64,000 bases of DNA from Octopus sinensis (Eukaryota): assembly GCF_006345805.1 (NCBI RefSeq), contig NC_042998.1, forward strand, positions 161,324,001 through 161,388,000. Direction: 5' to 3'. Positions 50,951 to 64,000 of the stretch are shown piece by piece. A model generated the notes under the pieces. The model was not told the origin of the DNA. It made no database searches and saw only the letters and a list, made by a program, of their open reading frames with translations. A program made the translations under genes and the position numbers. The stretch's first letter is position 1; each line of letters begins with the position of its first letter.

Positions 50951-51015
50951 TGAGTCACTGATTGATTTACACCAAATTTGCATTTTGAATCTGAGATGTA
51001 AACAAATGGCAGCTG
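50951..51015. promoter_or_regulatory. Candidate enhancer: dense transcription-factor motif cluster
   Basis: TGAGTCA 50951, TGATTGAT/TGATTTAC 50959-50970, ATTTGCAT 50976, TGTAAACAAA 50997, CAGCTG 51010. Confidence 0.3.
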
Positions 51016-52797
51016 TGTTAAGATAATGAAGCATTATCTAGCCATAGAATGTGGATTTGTATGTTTGAAATCAGAATGAAAAACAGCAGAAGAGCGCAGT
51101 ATTGTGAAATGTAGCAGAGTGCTAACAAGGGCATCATCATTATCATCATTGTCATCACCATTGTCATCGTCATCATTACCACCACCTGTCTGATGTCTTC
51201 TAAGCTCTTCAAAGTAGCTGAGTGATTCTCAGTTATTTTAACATGGTACTACACTGGAGGGTGAAGTGAAAACGTACTAAATTACTTCATGTAAGCAGTC
51301 CAAAATTACTGCCATACTTTGCATATAAATTAAAAAGAAACTATGTTATAAAGTTAAAGAATTAAAAAAAAGTATCTTAAAAACTATTGCTTACCTTGTT
51401 TTAGTAATCATAAATGTATATAACAAAATTAGGAATGACATGATTTGCCAGACATTCAAGTATTTGTATCGATTTTCTGGAGCCCCAAATGATACTTTAA
51501 AAAAATTCATGGTGCACCTAGATACATTTTGCAGTCTACCATTTAAAAATCTGTGATGAGGTCTAGAAAAGACCTCAACAGTGATTCATTTTTTATTGCC
51601 ATGGCAATCCAACTTATTGACATTTAGTAAACTCCTCTTTGGATTTACAATATGTATATTGATTTGAAAATAAATAACTGGTTAAGAATCTACCCAGGAT
51701 ACAATGCCATTGTTCTGTATATGTGGTGATTAAAATGAAATTGAAAAAATTTCTTAGAGAATCTGTTTTCTTCACAGCATATTTAAAACCTAAGTTTATC
51801 TTTATGAAGTTTCTCTTCTCAGTTACATAATTTTCATTCCTCTTTCTTCTGTCTTTCTCTCTGCCCCCCCCCCATCTCTCTCACTAATACTTTTTCTTTT
51901 ATCATTCTCTTTTCCCTGTATCTATAATTCTTACCTTCTCTGTTTACGTGTTATTCCTGCTTACTCTCTTCCTATCACATCTCATTTTCTTATTTACACT
52001 TTTTTCTCATTTCACAATCTTCAACTTTTGCATGAATTTTGATGCTCTTTTTCTTCTATTATTTGTCATTTTTTCCAATAACACATTTACTAACTCTTTC
52101 TGTCTCTCTCTCACACACATACATACACTCATAGTTTTTATCACTCTATCTCCCCTCTCTCTCTTTCTCACTTCTCTTCTCTTTTCCAATCTTGTTCCTT
52201 CAAAAATCAACTTACCCTCTCACTCTCTCCTTTATCTTAAACACTTTCTTTTCCTTCAAAGTATTTCTTCTTTCCAAAACTTATTTTCTTCATCATATAT
52301 TTTCCAGATAAATAACTCTTCTTAGTTATTTTCTTAATGTATTTTTTAAAGCCTGATTCTACTTGTAGACTTCAATTACTTGTTTCTTTTTGATATGAGC
52401 CAAATTAATATAAATTCTAATAAATATGCAAATTTGCACCATAACTAATAATTATTTCTTACTGGTTAATTAATCATGAATTCCATGAATTATGAAACAT
52501 ACTGCATAAATAAAAAGTGACAAAAAATATGTCTTCAGGCAACTTTAGAAATACTTCATAAATCAGTTATTTAATGAACCTTACTCATATTCCCTTTTAA
52601 AATAGACAAAAATTGAAAATCTTTATGATTTAGTGGTGGTAAACATCTGATATCTGTTTTCTTATCATTGCCGCATATATAATATGGTATAAATGGTATT
52701 TATCCAAAATTTCTGCAGGAAGCCATGAATATCCAAACTTGCTTAAAACATTAAAGGACTTATATATACATGTATGTATATATATATGTATATATAA

Positions 52798-52950
<153 letters not shown>

Positions 52951-53284
52951 ATTTCATTAAGTTTGAAGACATGTGAAGGCACCTAATTGATATCCAATAT
53001 TGAGCATTGAGTTCTTAAACGATTTATTTATATACAAACTATATACTGGACTGTTATGGTAATTGGAATGCAAAATCCATCGTAAGGACATCAAATTCAG
53101 AAAAAAATAAATGTTCCTAAATTGTTAGAAAAAGATTAAAAAGACTTATAGTCATGTCAAACATCTATTTTTTTCTTCTAAGTATTTAAATTAGGAATAT
53201 CTTTTGTGCTTACACAAGATATATTGTTGAGAATTATGACTGGAGAAGCCATGGTTTTAGACATCAAACCTATATAATCTTTCT

Positions 53285-53450
53285 ACTATTGGCACAACAC
53301 CTGAAATTTTGGGGGAGTGGGATAGTCAATTACATTAACTCTACTTCTCTACTGGTACTTATTTCATCAACCCCAAAATAACGAAAGGAAAAGTTGACCA
53401 CCTCAGATTTTGAACTTGGAATGTAAACATGGACAAAATGCTGTTAAGAA
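53285..53450 (-). mobile_element. SINE family C
   Basis: gaaatttt...actggtacttatttcatcaacccc...gaaaggaaaagttgacc...ttttgaacttggaa. Confidence 0.7.
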
Positions 53451-53581
53451 ACCACGTGGAAGCCCACTGAGTGGGTGTGTAGGTGCGAAACTGTAATGAT
53501 CTTTTTGGATGTTGACTGATGAGGAATAAGCTACCAATTTTCTGTTTGTTATGTTTTTGTAAAATTTTCTGTTTGTTGTGT

Positions 53582-53955
53582 TTTTACTCTTTTACTTGTT
53601 CCAGTCATTTGACTGCCTTTAGTCAAGCATATCGACCCCAGGATTTATTGTTTGTAAGCCTAGTATTTATTCTATTGGTCTCTTTTGCCGAATTACTAAG
53701 TTACGTGGACGTAAACACACCAGCATCGGTTGTCAAGTGATGTTGGGGGGACAAACACAGACACACAAACACACAGACACACATATATATACATATATAT
53801 GACAGGCTCCTTTCAGTTTCCGTCTACCAAATCCACTCACAAGACATTGGTCGGCCCGAGGCTATAGCAGAAGACACTTGCCCAAGGTGCCATGCAGTGG
53901 GACTGAACCCGGAGCCATGTGGTTCGTAAGCAAGCTACTTACCACACAGCCACTT
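53582..53955 (-). mobile_element. SINE family A (well preserved)
   Basis: Near-consensus, CpGs retained. Confidence 0.92.
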
Positions 53956-53989
53956 CTATATATATATGTATGTATGTATGTGTGTCTGT

Positions 53990-54420
53990 GTTTATCACCA
54001 CCACCACTTAGTGGTTCAGTAAAAGCTCTCGATAGAATAAGTACCAAGTTTTAAAAAAAAGCACTGAGGTTGATACATTCAACTATAAATTCTTCAAGGT
54101 AGTGCTCCAGCATGGCCACAGTCTCATGAGTGAATCAAGTAAAAGATAAAAGATATATATATCTGTGTGTGTATGTGTGTGGATATGTGCATATGTTTTT
54201 GTTTTTGCGTATGTGTTTGTGTCCACCATTGCTTGACAACTTTTGTTGATTAGTTTATGTTGGTTTGCTAGCAGTTTAGCAAGAGAGACTGATAGAATAA
54301 GTTATTAGACTTAGAAAATAAGTACTGGGGTCGATTTGTCTGACTAAAGCTTCAAGGCAGTGTCCAAAGCATGGCCACAATCCCAAGACAGGAACAAGTG
54401 AAAGATAAAAGAAAAGATGA
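53990..54420 (+). mobile_element. Two tandem 3' halves of SINE family A
   Basis: Each has gatagaataag...ggggtcgat/ttgatac...aaggyagtg.tccagcatggccaca...aagtaaaagataaaaga; ~53990-54160 and ~54205-54420. Confidence 0.8.
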
Positions 54421-54899
54421 AATGCCAATCTGTGACAGCACTGTGAAAAATAACATGGTGCAATCCTGGACAAAATTCCTTCTGCAAGAAAAAGCTTTTA
54501 TGATCACCTACCATCTAACCAAATACAGGAATTTGTCCATCACTTGTCATTCATTGGTTATTAAGTTTACTTATTGAATGTTGGTATGGGTTGGATGCAA
54601 TTTATTGAGGCAGTCGTTTAAAACTGAGTGACTTTTGACACCAATTGTTGTTTTCAAGTGAGGTTGTTTTCAAGTCATTTATTTCATGACATCTTGTGAA
54701 ACAACAAGTGGTTAACTTTTTGTTCATGTGGGACTTAATAATCACTGTAAGTCAGCAGTGTAAAGATATGCAAAAACAAACACACAATTATATACGCACA
54801 TACACACTCACAATTATATAACTATAAATAATTATCTATGTATTAATGCATATATACATATACATATTCCTATATACATGTGTGTGTGTGCATATACGT

Positions 54900-55020
54900 A
54901 TATACATTTTTCTCTGTCCATTTTTTCCACTCAACCCTTTCTGTCAAAGAGCATAGGCTCAAAATGTGAAACTAATACACCTGCTTGTTGTTCATCTTTT
55001 GTTTTTCTGTAAGTTTGAAC
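54900..55020 (+). mobile_element. Penelope-like family P2, second copy (CpG-decayed hammerhead motif)
   Basis: ctttCTGTCAA-a-gagc atag gctc-AAAA-tgtgaaa at 54937-54971; abuts (TA)n. Confidence 0.55.
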
Positions 55021-56232
55021 TATATATATATATATATATACCTGTAATTCTAAGAGCCAAGGTTCTAAGTGAAGAGAGTTTGTAAGCTTTGAGCAGTCCA
55101 TGGTAGGTATAAAAAGACTATGTTCAGGAATTTATTGGTGAGGGTTGTAGGCTTTTGATGTTCAATACTGATGTTCAATAAGGTGAAAAAGATTATTTTT
55201 GATATAGTCCATGGTGAACAACTTGAGTCACTAAGAATGTGAATAAAAATCCAAGTTGAGGGGGTGGAGCAGGTAATTTCTGGCTACATATGTTTCCGAG
55301 CAAGCAGATCCTCTGATGCAATAATTACTCATTGAGGTGTACTCAGCTAGCAACCCAGGAATCCCAAGTTAACTAGTGAAGATAATAACCAATCCTGACT
55401 GGGGTACTAACTGAGAAATTTACTTTCACCTAATATGAAATAGGGACTGAAAATTAACTGAAGCTGAATGTGTTGCACCTTTGACCCCAAGTAAATGTGT
55501 TGGTAAATAATTAATTGTATCTGTCACAAATATTGTACTGAATCCTTCAACTACACTGTAAAATGTTCTTCTTTATTGTAAAGACCTTTATTATTGAATT
55601 ATTATTGTCTTAAAGAATTATTACTTACTGTAGGTGCAAGAAAGGGTTAAGAAGTTCACTTTCTTTAACAGCATAGTGTGAAGTTCAATCCCAGTTCATA
55701 GCACCTTGAGATATAGCTTAAGCTGACCAAAGCCTTGTGAGTGGATAAAGTAGATAGAAACTGAAAGAAGCCTGTTGTATACATATATAATAGAAACTGA
55801 TGAATGGTTTTTAAGTGTTGCTACAATTGTTTTGTTAGGACCCTTTATGAATCCATTATAATCAGATATATGTGTTTGTATAAATGTGTATGAGCAGCAT
55901 GTGTGTGTGTGTGTGTGTTTGTGGATGTGTGTGTGTGTTTGTGTGTATGTGTGTGTGTGTTTGTGTGTATGTGTGTGTGCATGCGCATGTTATATGTGTC
56001 TGTATGTGTTTGTGTCTCCTTGTGTGGACAACACATGATAGCTGTATGCAAGCATCAGTGTCATACAAGCAACAGCATTTGTTTTAAGCTTCTGTGAAAA
56101 CACACCTAGCCAAAAAGAAATATTATGTTACTTAGAAACAGTGTTGGCAACAAAAAGGACATCTGTCCATAGAAAAATCTGCTTCAGTATGTCTCATATG
56201 ACTAATTCAAACAAAAAGGTGCATGTTAAAGG

Positions 56233-56643
56233 CATAGGAGTGGCTGTGTGGTAAGTAGCTTGCTTACGAACCACATAGTTCTGGGTTCAGTCCCATTGTG
56301 TGGCACCTTGGGCAAGTGTCTACTACTATAGCCTTGGGCCGGCCAAAGCTTTGTGAGTGGATTTGGTAGACGGAAACTGAAGAGAAGCCCATCGTATATA
56401 TGTATGTATATGAATGTGCATGTATATGTTTGTGTGTCTGTGTTTGTCCCCCAACATCGCTTGACAACCGATGCTGGTGTGTTTATGTCCCTGTAACTTA
56501 GCGGTTCGGCAAAAGAGACCAATAGAATAAGTACCAGACTTCCAAAAAGTAAGTCCTGGGGTCGATTTGCTCGGCTAAAGGCGGTGCTCCAGCATGGCCA
56601 CAGTCACATGACTGAAACAAGTAAAAGAGTAAAAGAGTAAAGA
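56233..56643 (+). mobile_element. SINE family A, most complete copy
   Basis: gcataggagtggctgtgtggtaagtagcttgc...ggttcagtccc...(TG)n...ggcggtgctccagcatggccacagtcacatgactgaaacaa(gtaaaaga)n. Confidence 0.95.
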
Positions 56644-57934
56644 ATCACGATAATGTGAATGAGAACGATGATGATGACGAACGATGCTGATGATGCAAAG
56701 GCCACAGTTGCTGTATGTTTCAGCAAAGATTATATAAAATTATTTATGTTTCATTACTCATACTCCAACTAAAATGTGTGCAGTATGAGACAAGTAGACA
56801 TAGAACACAACATTATGCTTTTTCACTTTCAATTGAAATAATTCTGCCTTGCTGAAGAATTCCAAGAAGAGAGATAATCTTTATGTGTTCAGTTTACTAC
56901 AAGAAACCTGGTTCTGAAATTCCTATATTTACTCTACTTGGGATATTTTCTGTTCTGCTCTAAGAAAGGTGAAGAGTAAACTCTGATTCATTCTTGGTTT
57001 AACTTTGGCTATTTAGCTATTTATTCTAAATTCAAACAGAAGATGTTTGTAGATATCTACAGCCATGAAAAGTATTATTTGTTTGTTTGTTTTTTGTTAA
57101 ATAAAAAAAAACAACAAAGAAAAACTAAGACAACAATGATGACAACAACAACAACAATAACAGAAAAAATAAAAAGCAAAATAACAACAAAGACAACTCC
57201 ATGGAAATGGACATTGAATTGCATAATGTTTGTAAGAATATATATAAATAGAAAGTAATTCTTGAGTGAATGAATATCAAAATGATACAGGAAAATATCT
57301 TTTTTGAACTATTATGATACAACAAAACACTGTTTCTTCGCTGATTATACAATATTTGTTTGTCAGATTTGAATATATTTTCACAGAAACAAACTTATTC
57401 TCCTTCAACTAAATTCACCGCTTTTGCACTTTGCCTTTAATGACTGTAGTAATTTTCCTGTTGTTAGTTGTTCTTTTTATTTTCTATTTCTGCTGTGTGT
57501 AATGCACAAAAGCGATAGGGGCCAGTTTTTCAGATATTTTAAAATGTAAATAAATAATGGATACTCTGAATTCAGATAAATTTTGACATTTCACTTGATT
57601 TTTTGACATTGACATGTATTTATGTTGTCTTTGAAGTTAGGTCTTATGAATATTTATTTCTTTATCAATTTATTCCTTATTGAATCTTGACTTTGCTTAA
57701 ATAAAACTTATAGATTACAGGAGAAGAAACAAAAATAAAATAAAAAAACAAATAAACAAATAATGATAAAAGAAGAGATGTAAGAAACAGAAGTCTGAAA
57801 CTTGGTTCCAAAATTTGTGTTTGGTTAATATTTAACTCTGAATGTCAAGAATAATCTTTATGTATAATAATGCATATTATTCAGGATGGCTGTTGAAGCA
57901 TAGCAAGAAGGATTCTATCATTCTTCTAAAAGTA

Positions 57935-58556
57935 TTTGCAATATATAGATATATGCACACACACATATACATTTATATATATATATGCATATATATATAT
58001 ATATCTATATATATATATATATATTATATATATATATATATATCTGTGTATATATATATATATATATCTGTGTGTATATATATATATATATATATATGTG
58101 TATATATATATATATGTGTGTATATATATATGTATATATATATATATTATATATATATATATATATATATGTGTGTATATATATATGTGTGTATATATAT
58201 ATATTATATATATATATATGATATACATGTGCGATTATAGATGCCTATATAAATATGCTTCTATCTATTTATTTATCTCTCTTTATCTATCTATTTATCC
58301 CACTGTCTAACTATATATGCATACACAGATGCATACACATACATACATACAGGCATACATACATATATGTGTGACTGTTCATTTGCCTCAGTTTGCAGGG
58401 ACATAGATATGTGAACTTTTGTGAAAATATATATTCATACATTAAAGAAAAATTTAGAAATATACAGTAATATAGAGAATATATATGTGTACGTGTGTCT
58501 GTATACTTGTACGTGTGAGTACAGCAGCTCATACATGAATGTAAATGCCTAGAGGA

Positions 58557-58637
<81 letters not shown>

Positions 58638-58782
58638 AATACATGCATATGTATATTTACAAAGACACGTACATGAAGACAGATGCACAAACACACATGC
58701 ACACAAACATACACACATACAGACATCAACACACACATGTTTAATATATTCTCATCCATATATATATATATATATATATATC

Positions 58783-58838
<56 letters not shown>

Positions 58839-58900
58839 TTTACATATATCTATTTACATATATTTATATTTACATATTTATATATATATATAAATTCACA
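57935..58900. repeat. Long compound (TA)n/(TG)n/(CA)n microsatellites
   Basis: Directly visible. Confidence 0.93.
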
Positions 58901-60751
58901 CAAATATAAATTGATATACACATGGAAATTGCTTAAATACAAAGATAGTGAACATATGCATTCAAGTTTACACAATATACAGTTATGCACACACACACAC
59001 ACTCATGCACCCACACTTTCAACCTTCTGTGAACATTTACATGCATATATATGTATTTACATACAAGCAATTGTACACAAAACATATCCTTAACCTATTA
59101 CTCAATTTTTAAACTGTCAATAAAGAAATATGAAAATATAAAAGAAGAAAGCTTTGTGCTTTCTGGCTTGCTTCAGTAATAAGGTCTGATTTTGAAGTGA
59201 TTTCAACTTGAGCAATAAATATGTATATATTAGCATATATATATTCATATTTCCATTTTAATAAGACAATAAATTATACACAATTCTACGATTTGAATTA
59301 TCTTTGTCAGCATAAATTAATTTTAATGAAAGAATTTGCTCATTGCTCCAACAACATGGCAGCAGGAAGTGTTATGATATATTAGAAAAAAAGTTCTTTA
59401 CTTTTTCTGATTTGAAAACCTTCAGCCAGTTTTAGTTTAGATCTGTACGTATATCAGCAGCAAACCTTTATGGTTGATAGAAGAGAAAATGCTGGAATTT
59501 TTAGCAATTTTTTTTTCTACTTTTGGCAGATAAATTATACCTGAATATTAGGAATATAACATGTACACAGATGTACAGATGTGTTTGTCTTGCTGTGTGA
59601 GTGTGTGTGCTCATATGTGTTTGAGCATACATGTCAGAGAATATGCACTGGAGCATATGTGTAAGGGTGTAAGTATATGTGAATATATATGCATCTATAT
59701 GTGCATGGGCAAAGGTGAATATGAGTGTATACATGTGGGAGCCTATGTGCATATATGTGCAAGTGATAATGGTGTTGGTGGTGGTGGTGGTGGTGATGGT
59801 GGATGAGCGTGAGAATTATTCTGCACTAGGTACTGGCGCTATGACAAATCATCCACCTATTTTTAAATTAAATACCTTTAAAACATCCATCATATCACTT
59901 CCCTGGTGTCTATTGACTTTCAGCTAATAAATCTTATTTGTAAAGCATAAATTCTCTCTTACTGATGAGTGTCATATCACAAATATTCTATCTTCCCCAC
60001 CACTGTTGCTATTAAACAAATAAAGATACAAGCCAAAAACAGAAGAAAAAAAAACCTACTGCTCAAATGTGAAATATATACATGTACATACATATATAAA
60101 TATGTGTGGCTGTGTGTATATGTGTGTATGTAGATGGATGGTCTTAATTAGTGGCAGACTGTCTCCAACTTAATTGAGAGCTATTCCTAAAGATATTTCT
60201 AACTGTAGCTGATAGTCGGACTGCGCTGATTTGTGGTTGTTTGTAACTGTAACAGTTTTTGCGTGTTGAGCTGAGCCATGCAAGAACTACCTGAGTATAT
60301 AACATTTTTCCCAGAGGACAGCAGGATGTAATTGGTTTGCATGCTTTTCTCTTCATTACATTTTCTGGTATGGCATTAATTAAAGACCTTTTAGATACAA
60401 ACCCAAACAAGAAGAGAAATAGATAGAAATAACTAAAATATTTATTCATTTATGTATTTATTTGTTAATATATTTAGTTTTTTTTTTCTTTGTACATACT
60501 GAAAAATTTTATTTTATTTTTCTTCTGTCTATATAGCTGCTTCATGTTGGGAAAAATGTTCATGATCAGAGCAAGTTCTTTTAGTTGTACATCATCATCA
60601 TCATTGTCGTCTTCTCCTCCTCCTTTTTCTCCTCATCATCACCACCCCCATCATCATTATTGTCATTGTCGCCATCAGCGTTGTCATTATCGACATTATT
60701 CTGCCATCATCATTGTCATCAACATCATCATCATTACCATCCTTATTAACG

Positions 60752-60965
60752 AACTGGCAGAATCGTTAGCATACTAGACAAAATGCTTAGCAGTATTTCT
60801 TTTGGCTGTTTAGGATTTTGAGTTCAAATTCTGTTGAGGTCAACTTTGCCTTTCATCTTTTCAGGGTTCATAAAAATAAGACAGCAGTCAAGTACAAGAG
60901 CCAATACAATCAGCTAACCCCTCGTCCTAAAATTGCTGATGACCTGGTACCAAAATTTGAAGTAA
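60752..60965 (+). mobile_element. SINE family C
   Basis: ggcagaatcgttagcatactagacaaaatgcttagc...gagttcaaattc...tttgcctttcatcttttcaggg...aaaatttgaa. Confidence 0.85.
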
Positions 60966-61104
60966 TTGCTCTCCTCTCCTTCATTCTTCTTGTTATTTCT
61001 TATCCCATTACCCCTTCCTAACATCATTGTCATTATGAACTTTAATTAATATGCTAACGAAAGCATTAAACTTATCCTAGTAGGTGTGGGTGTGGCTCTA
61101 GGCA

Positions 61105-61660
61105 TGGCTATGTTGTTAAGAAGCTTGCTCCTCAACTATGTGGTCTTGGGTTCAGTCCCATGGTACTGCACCTTGAGGAAAGTGTCTTTTACTATAGACT
61201 AAGGTCAACCAAAGCCTTGCAAGTGGATTTGATAGATGGTAACTGAAAGAAGCCCATAATGTGTGTGTGTGTGAGAATGTGTTTATATCTAGTCTTCCTA
61301 TGCATAGGCAGACAAGCCCTAGTACACCTAGTGTTGAAAGCTATTGGTTACCCTCAGCATGGCTTAGCCAATTTGTGAAAGCTGTTGCCTGGAGTGTGGC
61401 TACAATTACATGTGTACAGCTCTACAGGAGAGAACTGGGTATTGGGTGAGGACCAAAGTGGACGAACTACACCAAAGAGCACCCCATGTTCCCTACCCTT
61501 ATACCCCATGCACACCATTATCATTATATATCTATGTATGTGTATATATATTAAGGTGTGTTTGTGTGTGTGTGTATGTGTGTTTGTGTCCTACCACTGC
61601 TTAACAACTGGTGCTGGTTTGTTTATGTCCCTGTAATTTAGCAGTTTAGCAAAATAACTG
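61105..61660 (+). mobile_element. SINE family A interrupted by ~250-300 bp of other sequence
   Basis: Head to gaaagaagccc at 61105-61255; body resumes with (TG)n and ttaacaactggtgctggtttgtttatgtccctgtaa at ~61560-61660. Confidence 0.65.
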
Positions 61661-62204
61661 ACAAAATCTATTAGTTATTTTGATAGAGTGTACAATGAAA
61701 TGCTTTGTGATATTTTATTCAGCTCCCTTACATCTTGAGTTCAACTTCTGCTAGGATGAATTCTTCCTTTGCCTCTCAGGTTAGTAAATAAAATATTATT
61801 CTATGGTAGTATGGTAACAGAATCCTCTGAGTATGGCAAACGAATCTTGCAGTTTTAGCTGTTTGAATTCTGAGTTCTATTTTACCCAGAACTTCTTGGG
61901 TGGTAGAATTAATCTTTAACCTGGTTTTTAATACCTTTGAATGCCTTTACAAGAATCCATTCTGTAGGAAAATTTCAGGCTACGGTTCCAACTTGAGGAT
62001 ACCTCCTTTTAAGTAGTGTTGGAGGCATTGTTAAATGTCAAGAGTACAACATTTTTTTCTTGATGAAAACAGGAAATACATATAGCCTTACCCATGCTTT
62101 CTTATAGTAAATACAGATTGATAGATAGATAGATAGATACATACATACATATGTACATTCATACATACATACATATACATATATGTTTGCATGTGAGCAT
62201 TAGG

Positions 62205-62412
62205 AAATCCATCCTACCAGAGAAACTATGCCAAAGATGACATTGGAGTCCAATACAGTCCTATGGCTTTTCAGATCCTGTTGAACCATTCAAGGCATGC
62301 CAGCATGGAATATGAATATTAAATGATGATAGTGATGATGATAATGACAATGACGATGACGGCGATGATGATGATGATGATGATGATGCAGATGATGTTG
62401 ATGATGATAATT
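62205..62412 (+). mobile_element. Short element with RTE-type tail
   Basis: aatccatcctaccagagaaac...gcatgccagcatggaatatgaatattaaatgatgat and (GAT)n. Confidence 0.65.
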
Positions 62413-63904
62413 ATTCATACATACACACATACACAGACACATTCATATATTCGTCAGTACCTACATATAACCATATAGACACATATACATGCACATACAA
62501 GCAGTCATAAGTACCTACATATATACATAGGCACACATGCACAACCACACATACTTTATTGATAAATACATACATGCATGCATGCATACATCTACACATC
62601 ATACATACATACATACATACATACATACATGTATTGGATCAGATCAATACGATCAAATGATAAAAATTATACAATACAGGTATACATACATACGTATTTT
62701 TTTCTGAACCCGGTCATTGGGCAATGATATCAATGCATAAATTTTGCTTGACCCACACACACATATATATATATAGGATATTAAATGCTATGACTTATTG
62801 CATGGAAGAATGAATGTACAATAAAACAAGGACAAAAATTTTAACAAAATTTAAAAACACATGAATAACATCTTAAAATAATTATATTATCATATGGGCT
62901 TTATAGAGGAAATGACAATGTACCAAGATATCTGGTGAGATGAAGTTCTAGAGAAGACACACCTGCATTAGTGAAACTGAGTTCTAGAAGGGCTGTGTGC
63001 CCCACCCATACTTAACAAGAAAACTTCTCACACACTGAGCCACAACAAACCAAAACTATGTTTCTACATCTCTTCTCTTCCTCACATTTCCACTTCATGC
63101 ATTATGCTTACCTCCTGTCCAAATTCCTGTCCTCTTGGCCCTGTGACACTATCATTGCTCTCTTGAGTTGTTCCACCCACACACCCTGTCTCACTGTATC
63201 ATTGCTATCTGCTAGCACCTGTGTTCCACTCACATGTAGCAAGAAAACTTTTCACTCATCCTACCTCAACAAATCAATCTACATTTCCACATCACTTCTC
63301 TTCCTCACATTTCTTCCTTCATACACTATGCCTTGCTCTCATCCTCAATCCTGCCCTCACAGTCCTGTTCCTCTGTATCATTGCTATTCAGTAGCTCCCC
63401 TGAATCTATATATACCCAAGTTTTTCCACTCTCTCCCCTCTCCACACTCTTTAATCACACTTCCATTGTAATATCCTGCCACTTACATTATGGCATTTGA
63501 ACCTCAAGGGTATGCCCTGGCACTTGCCACCATCTATATCTCTCTCTACTTTTACTCAACCATCCTGTTTATATTCTGATCCCTGTCCCTTGTGAGTATG
63601 CCTGGCATTTTGCCACCATCTCTATCCTGCTGTCCCCCATTCTCCTTCTCCTGCATTTCCCTCAAGTTGGGTAACCATGTATTTCCTTTGCAGTGGCACA
63701 CCTGTTTCTGTCTTCATTCCTGACTTCTCTTTCTCTCTCTGGTCAGGTAACATTGTACTTCCTCTACAGCAAGACACCTGTTTCTGTCTCTTTGTCTCAC
63801 TATAACCTTTCATCATCTGATACAAGATCGCCTCCTCCAATGCCCCTTCCTCTCTTTAAAACTTTTGTTTTTCTTATGTCTTGTCTTGCAAGTATTTGGT
63901 GACC

Positions 63905-64000
63905 CTGTCAGTGCAGGGGCCACTTAAAAGCACCCAGCCCATACTGTAAAGTGGTTGATGTTCGGAAGTGAATCCAACTGTAAAATCCTTGCCAAAACTG
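63905..64000 (+). mobile_element. RTE 3' UTR fragment running off the window
   Basis: gccacttaaaagcacccagcccatactgtaaagtggttgatgttcggaag, as at 24215-24270. Confidence 0.65.

Noticed and set aside
53455-53535. GAAAC ... CTGATGA permuted hammerhead
   Set aside because: Required stems do not pair; only the short cccac-tga-gtggg hairpin is real.
55030-55400. Old Penelope-like coding remnant (…VFLYLPW…, minus)
   Set aside because: Similarity rests on a few residues amid many stops; too weak to call.

Overview
AT-rich, CpG-poor, repeat-dominated animal genomic DNA. The SINE families, RTE/CR1/R4 LINE mix and very dense (TA)n/(TG)n/(TACA)n tracts look like a coleoid cephalopod, probably Octopus; this rests on recall of those repeats, not on a search. 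No intact protein-coding gene, rRNA, tRNA or CRISPR array can be supported. Almost all ORFs in the supplied track come from microsatellites or decayed retroelements; a few isolated splice-bounded open frames may be exons of an unidentified large-intron host gene. Recognisable content: four R4/Dong-like non-LTR fragments stacked in (TAA)n (2.7-5.9 kb), an RTE 3' end (15.6-16.4 kb), two CR1/L2-type fragments (35.3-36.4 and 42.2-42.7 kb), a frameshifted zinc-knuckle ORF1 element with no ORF2 (30.1-31.8 kb), a Penelope-type GIY-YIG fragment (39 kb), three tRNA-derived SINE families (>30 copies or fragments) and two hAT-type MITEs. Most worth follow-up: (i) short Penelope-like elements carrying minimal or variant hammerhead ribozyme motifs, including a near-intact one closed by a 36/37-nt stem at 27145-27247; (ii) an ~0.8 kb strand-specifically C-depleted segment at 24.4-25.2 kb that looks C-to-T hypermutated; (iii) a 300-bp near-perfect palindrome at 50223-50524; (iv) a covarying 3' stem-loop shared by a CR1-like LINE and the dominant SINE. 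All counts and alignments were done by eye and repeat boundaries are approximate unless TSDs are quoted.
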